Origin: the human T2T-CHM13v2.0 reference genome, Homo sapiens
Assembly (NCBI RefSeq): GCF_009914755.1
Contig: NC_060937.1
Strand: one strand, 5' to 3'
Length of the DNA stretch: 64,000 nt
Made by a program: the position numbers and the translations under genes. Positions 28,721-42,815 of this stretch are shown one piece after another (positions within the stretch are counted from its first letter, which is position 1; every line of letters starts with the position of its first letter). The notes under the pieces were generated by a model. It did no database searches. It saw nothing but the letters and a program-made list of their open reading frames with translations, and was not told the origin of the DNA.

Positions 28721-30384
28721 ATAAGTTAGTTGCATTTATTGTTTAGGGTTTTTAAAAATTTCATGAAGAATTCTAGAAAATCAAGGCACCCTCCACACTC
28801 TCCTTTTTGTGTAAAGAGTAACATTAATTCTCTAAATTCCCAAATGCTACTTTAAATAACTATTAATCTTGAAAGTTTAAAGAAAAGGTAAGTGTGGAAG
28901 AAATCCTAGGATCTCTTCTTCATTTACAATGGACCAATTGACTGTTTCAATGTTCTTTTCCTTTTTTTTTTTTTTTTTTTTTTTTTTGCAATGCCCTAAA
29001 TAACTGTGAAGTTGTGTCATCAATATCCTAGCCAGGTATTATCACATTACTCACCCAACTAAACCTGTTTTGATATTTTTTGAGGCAAATTTCCTGAGTT
29101 TAAGAAAGAAAAAATCATCATGAGCACTGGATAAGACAGGATACTGTAAATAATTTGGTTGTTCAAAGTACTATATTTATGAATGAGCTTTTCTGTCTCT
29201 TTGCTCTATTGATTTCTCTGATCAGTATGATTCTGACCTTAGAGAAATATACCACAGTGACAGCCAACAGAGAGAAGCGTTTGATGAATATAAAGTGTTG
29301 GGGAAGTTGGGTTCCTTCAGAACTCTTTTGCACCTGTTGAAAATGAAACAACTCCTGCTTGTTCATCTCCACTGCCTGCTGTGAAGCTGTTTCCTACCCT
29401 TCGGGCCTGGTTGTCTTGCCAACCGTGGAAGCTGACATTTTTCCTCTTGTTTATTTGTGCATTTAGCAAAGGTTCTTGAAGGGCCACCTGAGGGGAAGTT
29501 AGCAAGGCAGGCTTAGTGGGCAAACCCCCCCCCCCGACAGAAAACAAAGAACCCCTCCCAAACCAAAAACACAAAATAAACCAAAAATAAATAAATAGAA
29601 ATAAATAAAAAAGAGGAACTAAAGCTTTTGGGAGCAATGGAAAGAACTCTGTCATGTTGATTTAAGAGAATTATTTTAAGTAAAATGTTCACAATCCACC
29701 CAAGAGAAAGCAGGAGATTGGTAAGGGGATTGAAAATCTCTTTTTATCCATTTCTCAAAATGAAAGAGATTCCTAGGCTAAATAATTCTTCAAATAGGCA
29801 CTAGGCAATTTTTATTACATCTACTTTTACAAAGCTCTGGCAAATAATACAGGATATATGAATGGCCTTACTGTGTGTGTATGTAAAACAAATACATACG
29901 TTGTGTATATATAAATAATTTAAATATTTGTGTTAATATATTCTCATATGTATGATACATGCATACGATCCATCGTGTATGTAGAGGCACATATTAAATC
30001 TTCAGTTGCACATTCACATTGCATGTTGTGTTAAATTTGTTTATAAAATTACATGTTAAGTGAAATGTGAGCTGTTCTTTTTAAAATAATTTCAACTATT
30101 TTTATAATATAATAATTTACACCAGAGGGTTTAATTAGAAAAACTTGAAGTATTTCTATTCGGCGTGCTATATTAAACAGCACACTTGGACCTTAGTGGA
30201 TCGTACGATTCGTCGATGTTTTGGCGTGCTGCAGTGGAAATCCTGCCTTTAGTTGCATCCTTGTGCTGTTCCCCTAGATATGCTACCAGACCTATGTCAC
30301 CACCTTGCAAAGTACTCCTCTGGGCTAAGAAATTCTTTTCAAAGAGTCAAAGAGATTCTATTAAAAGACATATTTCTTTTCTGT

Positions 30385-30500
30385 TCAGGAGCAGTGACAC
30401 ACACTTGTAGTTCCAGCTATTTGGTAGTCTGTGGCAGGAAGATCCCTTGATCCCAGGAGTTTGAGGCCAGCCTGGGTCCCTGTGTCAAAAAAAAAAAAAA
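30385..30500 (+). mobile_element. FLAM/Alu monomer
   Basis: CTTGTAGTTCCAGCTA...CCAGGAGTTTGAGGCCAGCCTGGG plus A-tail. Confidence 0.85.
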
Positions 30501-32029
30501 TCAGAAAACATTTTTAAAATATATATATATATATATGTTCTGCTTGAGATAACCATATGAACCCAATCTAGGATAATGGTTCCAGTTTACAAGTGTTTGT
30601 TTCTTGTTTTAGGGATAAAACATGCTGGGTGCTGGCCATAAATTTGATTCTTTGTAGTGCTGATGCAGGAGAGGGCAGAAGTCAACTAGCCTGATGCCAG
30701 AGTGGGGTCATTTGGAGCCAGGCTGATGATAGCTCCAGAATGAAACAGACGTGGGATCAGTTTCAAAAACGGATGAGAGGAGAGCATGTAAATTGAGAAG
30801 AAAACTGAATGGATGCAAAATAATAAAGAGGCAGAAGAGCTTATATTAGACTATCTAGGATAAGGGAGGATGGCTTCAGATTTCTAGGGATGGCTGTGGT
30901 CTTGTTCATCAGTCTCATTAGAGAGAGCACAGTCTGCCGCCGGTGTGAAGAGGACAGAAGGCCGTCGTTTTCATTTACAAAGATCACACTACACAGCACC
31001 AGCTGAAAGAGATCACCACCAGGGAGACAGGTCCAGTCTGGGTATGTCACCTACAAAGGCGGTGCCAAACTCTGGGTCTGAGATAAACAATTCAGCAAAC
31101 AAAGATCACATCTATGTCATAAGAGCACAAGTAACAACACAATGAGAGGTTGTTTCAATGGGCTTGAAGACTGTTGCTGCCTTAACTACTATCAGCCTTA
31201 ATTTTCTCCTTTGTTCAATGGACACTAACAGTTTGGTATTAACTGTTGCAGCATAATAGAACTTTTGAGAATAATATATAAGTGCCACCAATTTTTAATA
31301 TTATTATTGCTGCTGTTATCACAGTGGGAGGTGTCCACACGCTAGGTGTGGGTATGTAGGAGTTATTCTTTTGGTTTTGCTGCATAAGGAGAGTATTGTA
31401 GGGAACTATAGCAAGATCTTGGTTTCAAGAAGCAACATTTGTACCTTTGAGAAGTGGCAACAGATGCAATCAAAGGAGGATGAAGTGAAATTTCTCCATT
31501 AGGCGGTTCCTAATGTCTTATTATTACTTTATACATTCGTTTATTTGATAAACAGAGAGAAAGGGTGTAAAAGAGTGGAAAAATCTCAGGTAAAATTTAA
31601 TATAGTGAACAGAAAAAATGTGGGAATAGGAAGTCAAGCAGAGAATGCCAGGGTAAATTTGGGGCCAACTTCCTAGCTAAGGGAGGGCATTGTATTTTCT
31701 GGTGTTAGGAAACAGTGTTTACTTCAAAGCGCTTGTAGGATAGAAGAAATATTTGAAGGAAGATAGCCTTAAAAATACAAAATGTGCACTTCATGATTTT
31801 TCAAAGCCTGGCCGTTCATGCGATAGAAAATAAATCTCTTATGTTTAAAGTTTACAAATACAATGACTCATGGTTGACACAAGGTACTTGAGCCAGGAAT
31901 ACTTGCATTTTTGAGGAGGAATAAAGGACCTGTCAGAACTGTCCCTGGTTATATGGAGTTTAGAAAATTTGTCAGAGACAGAAGTTTAAGATTTTCTAGA
32001 GTTTTGGAATATTGTGCTAAATATAATTT

Positions 32030-32322
32030 GGTATTGTAGATTGGACCTTCAAACAAAAAAGAACATTAATGGAAAAACTGGTGATATTAAGTAAAGCATG
32101 GAGGTTAGTTAATAGTAGTATACTAATATTCTAATAATATTCTATCAGTTAGAATATCAATATTGTATCCATGTTAGTTTCTTAGTTTTGACAAATGCAC
32201 CATAATTATTTAAGATGTTAAGTTTAGGGGAACTAGGTGAAAGATATTTGAGAACTCTGTGCCATTTTTGCAATTTCTCTGTGTATCTAAAATTATTTCA
32301 AAATATAAGTTTAATATAAAAA
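32030..32322 (+). mobile_element. L1MC-like 3' end
   Basis: TTTCTTAGTTTTGACAAATGCACCAT...GAACTCTGTGCCATTTTTGCAATTTCTCTGTGTATCTAAAATTATTTCAAAAT. Confidence 0.8.
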
Positions 32323-32490
32323 ATTTGGATTTTTAAAGATGTTTCTAAAAAACTAAATAAAGCCTGTTCCTTTTTTATCCAAAGTAGTAAAGAAATACAT
32401 TCCAGTCCTTTTTTTCACTGTTTTTTTTTTCTGTTCTATATGTATACATATAGACCTATATAGGTATTAACACTAGGTTGGACTAGATAA

Positions 32491-32633
32491 CTTTTTATTT
32501 ATTTATTTTTTTGTAGAGAAAGAGTCTGTCTTGCTGTGTTGCCCAGGCTGGTCTCCAACTTCAAGCCTCAAGCTGTCCTCTTGCCTTACCCTCCCAAAGG
32601 GCTGGGATTATGGCTGTGAGCCACACACCCAGC
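32491..32633 (-). mobile_element. FLAM_C/Alu left monomer
   Basis: TTGTAGAGA...TGTTGCCCAGGCTGGTCTCCAAC...CTCCCAAAGGGCTGGGATTA. Confidence 0.88.
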
Positions 32634-34496
32634 TTTGTCCTCTATTTTGAGCTACTATGTACTGAATAACAGAATGGGATAAAACAATCAAACAAAATAA
32701 CTTTAACATTTGTACGAATGCCCACTTTTGAGTAATATTCACTTTTGGCTTTTGAATAAATAATAAAGAATCTTACATAGAACCTATAAATTCAGTCTTC
32801 ATTAAATCTCTCTGAGCTTCATTTTTTAGATACGTATTTTATATTGAATAGTTGTAACTTATAGATGCAAAGGATTAAATCTGATGGGTTACACCCTTAG
32901 AGAAATTAAGCATAAAAGTGTTGACGCTGAGCACTCAGTAACAGATAACGGGCCTATTTTTCAGATCCAGTAACAAATTCTTGGCACTAAGCCTCTTCCT
33001 TTAGTCTCTACGTCACTGTGCCAGGTTAAGGATTCATTCTTTTGGATTCTGCTATTATTTTTCTTGCAAGATATCTTGACCATTTTGACATCAACAATGA
33101 TTTTATGTGGCAAAGAAGCATTTTTGAAAGTATATGTATTCTGCTGTCTATAATTTTTTGAAAGATTCTTTACAAATCAATTCTCATTTTATAATACTGC
33201 TCATGTCTTAGTTTATCTTCATCAGTAGATAAGAATATATTTGTTACAATGGTAAGCCATGGTACAGTCTAGTGATTTCACATCAAAATATTTTATTTAA
33301 ACATTATACTGCAAGGATTCAAACTCCATTTACAATAGATATTAAATGGCTTATTCAACTAGGAATCATCTAATTCAAGGTTAAAACCCACATTTTGATT
33401 TCAAATCTATTAATTTTGTTTCTCTTTTACTATTTATGAAAGCTAAACATTTCATTTGGTGTTATATTTTTACATGTTTATATTGTTTTTTGGAAAGTTG
33501 GGGAGTTTGACAAATTGCCATGCAAAATGTGTGTATTAATATATTCAATTAGTTCCTTCATTTGCCAAAATCTTTCAGGTTCAAATTTAATATACATGTA
33601 AAAATATCTTTTGTAGAATGATGGGATTTTTTCCTGAATTTTCAAATTTCCCGCATAAGATATAGTAGCTATAAAAGCAAGAAAAAAATATATATGAATT
33701 TGCATGCTGTTTTTCGAATGTTGTTATTCTATTTTTAAAAAATACTTATATTCAGTGGAATACTTTGCTATGGAAATTCATACAATTTTAAACAAAGTAA
33801 TTAAATCATAAATGAGAAATTTATGCCAAAGATAATATTCATAATGCTTCATTCATTTATTAGAGCTCTGTGATATTTCTTAAATGATGTTTTAAATTTG
33901 ACGCCAGAATGTCTTCCACGTTTCAAAGGTTTTCAGGTATTTGAAAGTTCTGTGACACATTAGTGTGTGGCTTTGACATTTATCCAGAATAAAAGCAGTC
34001 ATAATATAAATTCAAATTTATATTTATATATTAGTTATTTTCTAACTTAAACTTGCCTAAATAGTAAGTCTTTATGCACAAATATAAAAACAAATCTGTT
34101 CTTCATTTTGATGAATTCAATATAAATAAATACACTACAGAGCAGGTGCCCTTTTCTTCATTGTACTTGTTTTTCTTTACAGCTGTCCCGACAGCTATGG
34201 CCTTTCCCTCATGTTCTTTTAATAACTCTAGTAACTGACACATATTCTTCTGGTACATTTTTATTCACACTTTTCCCACCCAAGGGAGTGTTTTGAGTTT
34301 TAATTTTGGTTTGTTTACTTGCTCGTTTTCCCCTCTGAATTCTTTTTAATCAAATTAGTAGGGTAAGTGACCATCACTCTGTTGTGATACGAACAGCAGC
34401 ACTGCAGAGGTGGCTGCCTCTCCCCCAGCCCAGAATACACACAGAGACAGAACTTCTACTTGTTCTTCCACAGAGCCCGATTTCATCATCACTGCT

Positions 34497-34925
34497 ACAG
34501 TAGCTTCCTATTGCTGCTAGAACAAGTTACCACAAACTTAATGCCTTAAAATGACACAAATTTACTATTTTACCATTCCGGAGGTAAGAAGTCTAAAATG
34601 CATCAGCAGGACTGCTTTCTGGAGCCACTAGGGGACAATTCATTTTCTTGCCTTTCCCAGTTTCCAGACACGATCTACAATCCTTGGCTCACGGATCCCT
34701 CTGAGTTCTGCTCCCAAAGTCACATCTCCTCCCCTGATGTGGCTCTCCTGCCTCCCTCTCACAAGGAACTTTGTGGTTACTTTGGTCCCATCCAGAAAAT
34801 CCACCCGTGTTAAGATCTTAAATTTAATCAAATCGGCAAAGTCCCTTTTGCCTGGTTCCATACTCATAGATTATGAGGATTACGTAGCAGACAGCTTTAG
34901 GGAATCATGATTTTTGCCTACCACA
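34497..34925 (-). mobile_element. MLT1C/D-type solo LTR
   Basis: TTCCTATTGCTGCTAGAACAAGTTACCACAAACTTAATG; GCAAAGTCCCTTTTGCC; CCTACCACA end. Confidence 0.85.
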
Positions 34926-37900
34926 ATGACCCATGAGATGAAGTCTAATTTTGATAGAATAATACCCAAGACCTCATTATTATCAATAATTGATCTTATT
35001 CATCCTTATCCTCTCCTGATTCCTTACCAGTATTTAGACCAAAGCCATGCCAAATTATTTGTGGTTCTCTGAAGCCAACTTGTTCTTTTAGAGCTTCCTA
35101 ATTTTTTGCTTCCTTCTGCCTGCCATGCATGTTCAGTCTTTTTTCTACCAGACTAATTCCTACTCATCCGTGTTTTATTTTAATTACAAACCACTTTAAA
35201 CATATGGGAAGATAATGAAAATAACAGAACAGAGCCTGCACTCCAAACCCCAAGATTAAACGGATGTTAACATTGTGCTGTATTTGTTTCAACTTTCTCT
35301 TTTAATTTTTTAGACAAATAAAACATTACAGATACCACTTAAGCCTTAGCATCTCTGATCCTCACCAACCTCCCCAGATGAACACTTGAATTGATGTTTG
35401 TCATTCATAAACATTTTGGCCATTGCAATAGGTGTGCAGTAGGACCTCATTATCTGTTTGACTTGCAATTCCCTAATGACAAATAATGGTGAGCATCTTT
35501 TCAACCTCCTCTTTTTTTAATCCTTTCTCAGAATTGTCTGATATTCTTGCCCCTTTGGATGATGCTTTTTTCACATGACATTTTGAATTTTCCAACTTGC
35601 CTTCAATTTTTCATTTTTATAAATTATGTTTCTTATGTACGCCTGCTCTCTTTTTTTCATAGTGCCTCTTCTTATACATTTGATTCCTTTTCTTACATTC
35701 TCATTTTTAATAGGCTTATTTATTAGATTTTTTTCAGATTGTCTGTTATCTGACAAACTTGGATTCTCTTCCTTAAGTTGATTGTATATGTCAAAATTTG
35801 CTCACCGTGGATTGATATTTTTCGTGAGTTCCTATGCCTCATTGCTTTATTCTGCATGGCGGGAATTAAGGATGTCCCCACTCAAGAGTAGTTTGGCTAA
35901 TTTCTTGGTTGCATTTCTCATCTGGGGATCTTCAAAACTTTGAGTATTACACATTGGAACTAAAAAATAGAGGACTGGAAAACAAAATGAAAATTATCGT
36001 GCAAGAATTTCCCCCCGAGTTGGGATTAAATACTGATTACTTTCCCTGTTTCTTTCTTTACCTGTGAGATCATTTTTCTGGCCCAACATTACTATATTAT
36101 TACAAAGCTATAACAGTTAAGGTCCAAGGTTTATTTGAAGGCTTCTTTCCAACTCATTGCCTCATGTAAGCTCAAGATCTTAACTTCTGTTCAATTATTG
36201 TTATTAAAATCCAGGCTTCTGGATTACTGCAGTCCACATTAATGACAACGCACACGCACACACACAAACACAGGAGCGCAAACACGTGTGCACACACACA
36301 CATACATATATATAAGGAAGCTGCATATGGCTCATACACTAACCATCCTGTTTTTCAGTTTAGGTTACATTTGCTTTTCTGGCATTTTGGATTTTCCTTT
36401 CTCTTTCAGCGTTTGTCATTTTTTTTTACCAGTATCGCTTGTTGTTAGATGCACAAGTAATTCTGTTTATATTTTTTATCATATTGCCACAACAAACAAG
36501 AACCTTATTTATAGTTTGTCTTATTTCAAACATGATTTCCTCTACAGGGTCACCTTTATTTTTAAACATTCTTGTGTGATCAACTGGAAAAAAAAGAAAA
36601 ACCTATTTGGACAGGAATCATATTTAGATGGTGAAACTGATTAGTTTTAGACAATTTAGGACACCATTTTTTCAAACCACTACAATTTGGAGTCTGTCTT
36701 TTGTTATGTTTTCTGCTTTATGCTGAATCGAAGTCTTCTAATATGATTTTTACCTATTTGGAGGCAAAATTTCCCATGCAACTCTTCATCCATTTTTGTA
36801 TAGCTAATGATCATAGACCTGAGCAACTGAAACAGAATTATGTAACTTCTTCTTCATGTTCTTGGCAAATGTTCCAGGTTAGCCTGTAATGGCTACATGC
36901 AGATTCTTGAAAAAAAATTTTGAATGAGATGTTCCCTCCGTGCCTTAGGGGTGAGGGGGTGTCAGTTCCACCTGAATTAAATGAGATGGGGCTGAACTAC
37001 CCACAAGAAAGACATATTTATTACAAGAAGAAGAAAGGGATTAGATGCACATTCTGGACTGGGAAAATGAACTGTAATTATCACGTACAGTAGAGATGCT
37101 GGGCCATCTGCAGACAGAATTCTGTAATGATTTCTCTGAGCTCTTACCACTTCTGAGGTCTCTGTAATACTGATGACATTGCTGCACTAAACTGTGTATT
37201 TGAATATCACTTCTACTCTTCTGTAAATCCATGAAGATCAAAAAATACTTTGTTTCATATTTGAAATCTCAGTTGTGACATCATTGTGATTGCATCAAAA
37301 AGGTTATAGAAGAGATTAAAACAGAGAGAAGAGGAAAGGAGTAAATAAAAAGAAAGGAAGAAAAGAAACATGCCGAGAAAGTTTAAAAAAAACTTCCCAG
37401 CACCACAGCAGGTTAATAATAGAGCTGGCAGAACTCAATTTTCATAAACCCAGACAACCGCACTTTGTTACTCTATGAGTATTCCTAAGTGACAACATAA
37501 AAATATTTAGAATGCTGGTTAGAAAAACAAAACTAATGAAACTGGAAAATGAAAAAAAAAAAGAACTGCATTTCCCTTTTATTACAATAGCTCATGGAAA
37601 GCATTAGGTTTGAATATGGTTTGTTTCAGGACTTCCAATTTTATCATGTGGTTTCAAGCTCCATTTGTTTGCAAGACTCGGTTTTGCCTTCCTCTGGGTT
37701 CAGTGTTATCTCCAGGTTGATCTCAAAGTACCAGCATGGCTGTGGATATTGTCCCAAGAAAGAGTGATTATTACCATCAAAACCTGCTATGAAAGATAAA
37801 GTCTGCCTGCCCTTAAACACACAAATTCTCCTGCCTAAAAGATTGGGTCTTGCTGTTTGACTTACTCAGTCAGGCCACCCAAAATACCCACGTGGCTCAA

Positions 37901-40900
37901 AATACCATGTTGGCTTTCTGAAAGAAAATGGTAGGAGTCTTAATAGGAAGGAGAACAAAGGATGCTGGACAGTAAAAACAACCACCAAGAAACACCTTCC
38001 CCCCCTAGAGTAGATTGTAATCTCTGTGTGGATGTTGACGGTGGCTTAATCAGATCATGTTTTGCCAGCGCATAGCATGCTGCCCATTAGTGATGTGTAT
38101 TTGCTACCACGTAATTGTTTGCTGCAGCAGTTGCTCTTAATTTTATCCTGACAAGTCGGAACTACTCTGTTAGCTGCTTTCTTCTGAAATCATATTCTTC
38201 TCACAGACTTGGTACAACCACCCATACAATATTTGGATCCCATATGATGAAAGCTCTATGTTTTAATTGCTAGGCCTAATGATATATTTAGTTTGTATCA
38301 TGAAATATCAAGTTAATTAAAGATAGTGAGTGATTAACAAAACTTGCTTTATAGGTCCTGTTCTATAGATCTCAATGTCCACCTTGTGTCCTGCTGTTGT
38401 TAACTTTTTCCCATTGAGTGCATCGTGTGCTCTTAAACTCCACATTTTTCCCTTCAATGCATGCAGTGAGTGGGTCTGAATTAGAAGAGGTCTGTCTTCG
38501 TATAGTGAATCCTCCACACCTTCTCTGAGACAAGGAAGTGATTAATAAACTTAAAAGTTGGTTTCCCTTTCTGCTAGCTCCTGCTGGGCAACTGTAAACT
38601 ATGACACTATTTATGTCAACAAAGTATAATCAGCAAAGGGCTAATCCACATGCTATTACCCAGAGTTAACTGTAACAGATCAATTTCTATGTATAGTTTT
38701 GAAAACTTGTCAATATACAGCAGCCACAGAACCCCTGAGCTTAACCAGATGTAAGAATCTGGCTGGCGCTGTCAGTCCCTGAGGAAGCCTTGGCCAAGCT
38801 TGCAAAATCTTTGACCTTATTCTCACCCTCCAACAACAGGAGCAATAATCCAAAGTGTTTTGTCTTTCTTGTATTGTAGCTCATTTTTTTTTCCTACAGA
38901 GGTGAAATTTCCATTTTGTAATTTTTCTTTCTGCACTTTTTCTATCAATTTTTTTTTCTTGGAACTTGGTGAATAGAAGAAAATGCTTTTTATTTAATTC
39001 TTGAGCAAAAGTAGGATAGGAAGATAAGATGTCATCTTGGCAGGTTGAAATAAGTCAGGAAGTGTGTGTTATAATACCTTACAGATGTATAACATTTCAG
39101 TTTACAGATCTATCCTGTGTTCATCAGCTCAAACCTCAGCAGGTCCCAGTGGGATAGGAGGCTCAGAAAGTTGAAAAGTGTGCCTGATATCACATGCATG
39201 TGGTGGTTCAGGAATATATACCTAACACATACCTAGCATCACCTCCGACGCCTTTCCACAGCTGTCTCCCTACATGCCTTAGTATCATGCAGATCCTGTG
39301 GAATAAGGTAAAACATATGCATTTATTTGCTTATTTTTAATTGCTGTTTCCATTTACTTGATTTACTGTTATGTTGTCTATACTGTTGATCTAAAGTATT
39401 ATATTAGGTAGTATTTCTTTCTCAATAATTTTGCTTCACAATCATAGTTCTAATTCCTTCATAGGCAAATAATTAAGCAACTCCAGTAATATTTCCAAAT
39501 CACATACTGAGGCTTCTCTGCATAGGGTGCTGAGTCATCAATGTTAACACTAATAATTAGAGTTCAAGGGGAGGGGCTGTCCAGGGGTCACACCACGAGA
39601 AGCTGTTTTGGGGTAAAATGACACGATCTGCACCACCTGCACTTAGTCAGAAGAAGGGCATTGAAATGGTGCCGTGAACAGCTATGATCCTGGAATTAGA
39701 AAAAATAGAAGAAATAAATGATAATTTCCAGCTTTAAAATGTTAAGAACTCAAAGTGAAGCCACAACTGATAGGGAGAGATTTATATGGATATTGGAATC
39801 TATCTGAGGTCAGTGGGTCCAGTTTGTGTCAATAACCCACGCTGACCTCTGTGGCAAAGACTCAGGCAGGATGACTTCCTGGTACACTCGATGAGGATAA
39901 ATCTTACACATAGGTATCCCAGAAGTCCCACTTCTCCTCTGATCCAGCAAAGCATGAGTTGTCAGAAAGACACTAGTCCAGAAGGCACTGAAGGGATCAT
40001 GTCGGTTCAGACCAACAGTATCTAAAACATCTAAGTCATGGGTCCAGCATAGGAGAGACTGAAAGTATTCTAGAATATGCACAACTGTGGAGCAATTAGG
40101 CCATCTTTGACCTAACTTTTTCACAATACTGCTTGGCAGAGAGATGGTGCTTCCTAGAAAGAATATATAACTTCAGCTTCTCCTGGAATACCATTTAGCT
40201 TTCTCAGACATCAACTGTGTGAGACACGGATATCTCATGAAGTGTATTTAGATCATGACACATGTTAAACATGTTGGGATAAACATGGAAATGTGTTTCC
40301 CTCGATTCATTAACTGATTCAATTCCCTCCACATACTCAGTTAAAATATCAGTGCAAGAAGTGAACCGTGATGATAGATTAAAAACACTTGTGTCTACTT
40401 CCTTTATCATTTATTCGCCTCTAAAATAAAGAATAATTAATTATATATTTGCCAGACTCTTGTGTGGACGGGTTGGGCCACATGACCTTCTTCTGACTTA
40501 GCAGATCGCTGGAGTACACTGCACCACCAGGTACATTCTGGGAAACATTTTTCTCTTTGAGAAATAGATGTCACTGTAACCTACAAAGGACTGTGCAGGA
40601 GATGTGTATGTTCTTAGTCATATCCTAAAATGGCAACTGGATATCTACTGATAGCTTTCATTATTCTTCTGAATCTCAGGTTCACTTCAAATTTATGGAA
40701 CGTTCTGTTTGAATACACATGTGTTCCTGACTGTAGTCCTTACACGTATATCCTAAGAGAGCTTCCTCTTTAGTATTGCGAGGTGACCTTCTTGTATTCA
40801 TCATTAATTGAGGTGGGATACAAATTCCATAATGTCACCGAGTTCTTAACCCACTTATTTCACTGGGTTAAGAAATAAGCTTCGTTAGAAAAACTAACAA

Positions 40901-42815
40901 GACAAGGTGCAGCAGCAAAAGAGAAAAGACAAGTTCCTCTCATCGCTCATTTTATTTCTGGAGGGGGTATGCCTGCTGACATTTTATTTCTGGAGAGGGT
41001 AATGCCCACGTCCTGACAGATATGCCAGCCTCTGTTGCCTCCATACTCACATGCCAGGCAGGGAGCACCCTGTCCATCAGTCTTGGAAGGACTGCTTGGC
41101 CACTTGGTTGTCTGGGTTTGCATGGCAGCTGTTCAGTTATATTAACTCAGAAAGCAGGCTTCCAACACCCAGGAAACATGGAGGCCACAGGAAGATGGTG
41201 GCCTTCCTGCTGGGAGGTCAGAACTACCATACTGTAGGAGGTTGGCTTTGGGTGCTGCTCTTCCTGCTGGGAAAAGGAGGATGTCCGTGGTTCCCATTGG
41301 CTCATGGTCCAGGCAACACAGACCGAGTGCCAGAGTGATTTTTAGACAATCCTGCCTCTTGCTTCGTGACCTCTTGTACAATCTTATGATCTGTGTACAG
41401 TCCTAGGATATTTCTCTTTAATGTAATAGTAATAGACTTTGTCCAATATTCAGGGATTATCTCTGTTCTAGAAATGAATATTTTTATTTTTATTTAGATC
41501 CTTGAGAGTGAATTAATTGAAGCTAGGCAGTAACTTAACTTAATCCAGCAAAAATTTTGCTTAGAATTATAGTCTTCATCCCCTGGAGTGAAATGGCATT
41601 ATTTGTTTCCTAGCCATGAGATACATGTCTCCAGAAAGATTCTCAAAGTCTCTGAGAGAACAGGATTCTGTACACAGAATCTAACATCAGTCAAGTTTTG
41701 ATTGGACATCATGGCAGTATTAGTTTAAATAAAATAACGATGATACTTCAGATACACGTTCTTAATCATAGGGAGATGATTTTGTGTAATAGTATTGGAA
41801 GAGGTGTCCAGGGACATGTAGAAAGTGAGATCAGATGTCCTCGTAATATTACAGAGATGTTAATGCCCATTTTAACGCATCCAAATTAGTGAAATTTCTA
41901 TTGATTACAAGAAAAATGAATTTCCACAGGTCTTCATTCACATTTATGAATTCTGCTAGTTCTTGTTCTTTCTTAATCTAGTATAATACTGGTGTATGCC
42001 AAACGAATCATATGTTTTCATTTTGGCATTATATCTACTCTTTTATATTATGCTGTTTATATGTTCATCTACAAGAAAGCAATACGTATGATTTTATAAT
42101 TTGATAGGTATACTGATGTTCACTAAAAACATTATGAGTACTCAAAAATATCAGCAATATGCTTTCTATGGTAATTTAACAACTCAGAACCTAAATTATA
42201 ATTTGTTTTGTTTAAAATTACAATAATTATTTTTATCTATACACAGTTATTGTAAAGGAATGCTTTTATACGTTACACAAACCTCTTCATTTACTTTAAA
42301 TTCTTTTACAAATCATATGAACAAATGAATTCCCATTCCCAATGTCTACTTTTAAAAAAAAGATGTTCAATGAGGGAGAAAATCATCTCAAGGAAAGGGC
42401 AGCCATGATGCAAACTGGTGTGTGTGTTTGTGGCTCCTGTGGTGTGCGTGTGTGTGTATATACCCTAATTCTCCCATTGGCCCTAAGTGGCCAAAAGGTG
42501 AACAGCACGTATATGTAGTCAGAGGTACATGAATTCTCAGGCAATGGATATATATGCAATAGATTATTTAGTTCAAGTTAAAGCTTCTGGATAGAGTCAA
42601 GGATAAATATTTAAGAAGCACATTGTAAAAGAGTGGCACATTTGTCAATCTAGTTTATCTATTTTTAAAAATAATCATCTATTTAAAAGCCAATAAATGT
42701 TAAGATTAGCATTTCTATCTCTAGTAGATATGTATGAAAAATGTAGACAGTGTGTATAAAATGTAGAAAAAAGGAAAATGTAGGAAAAAGCACATATACG
42801 TATGCACAAACATAA

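Noticed and set aside
28963-28987. Isolated poly-T tracts (also 52884-52910) as retrocopy tails
   Set aside because: No adjacent retroposed body or convincing TSD identified.
31015-31032. CTCF-like CCACCAGGGAGACAG (also CCACCAGGTACA near 40524)
   Set aside because: Lacks the GGC 3' half of the CTCF core; match too weak.
38880-38905. Strong-looking splice acceptors (TTTTTCCTACAG here; TTTTCTTTACAG near 34182)
   Set aside because: No supportable exon, reading frame or matching donor; such motifs are frequent in AT-rich DNA.
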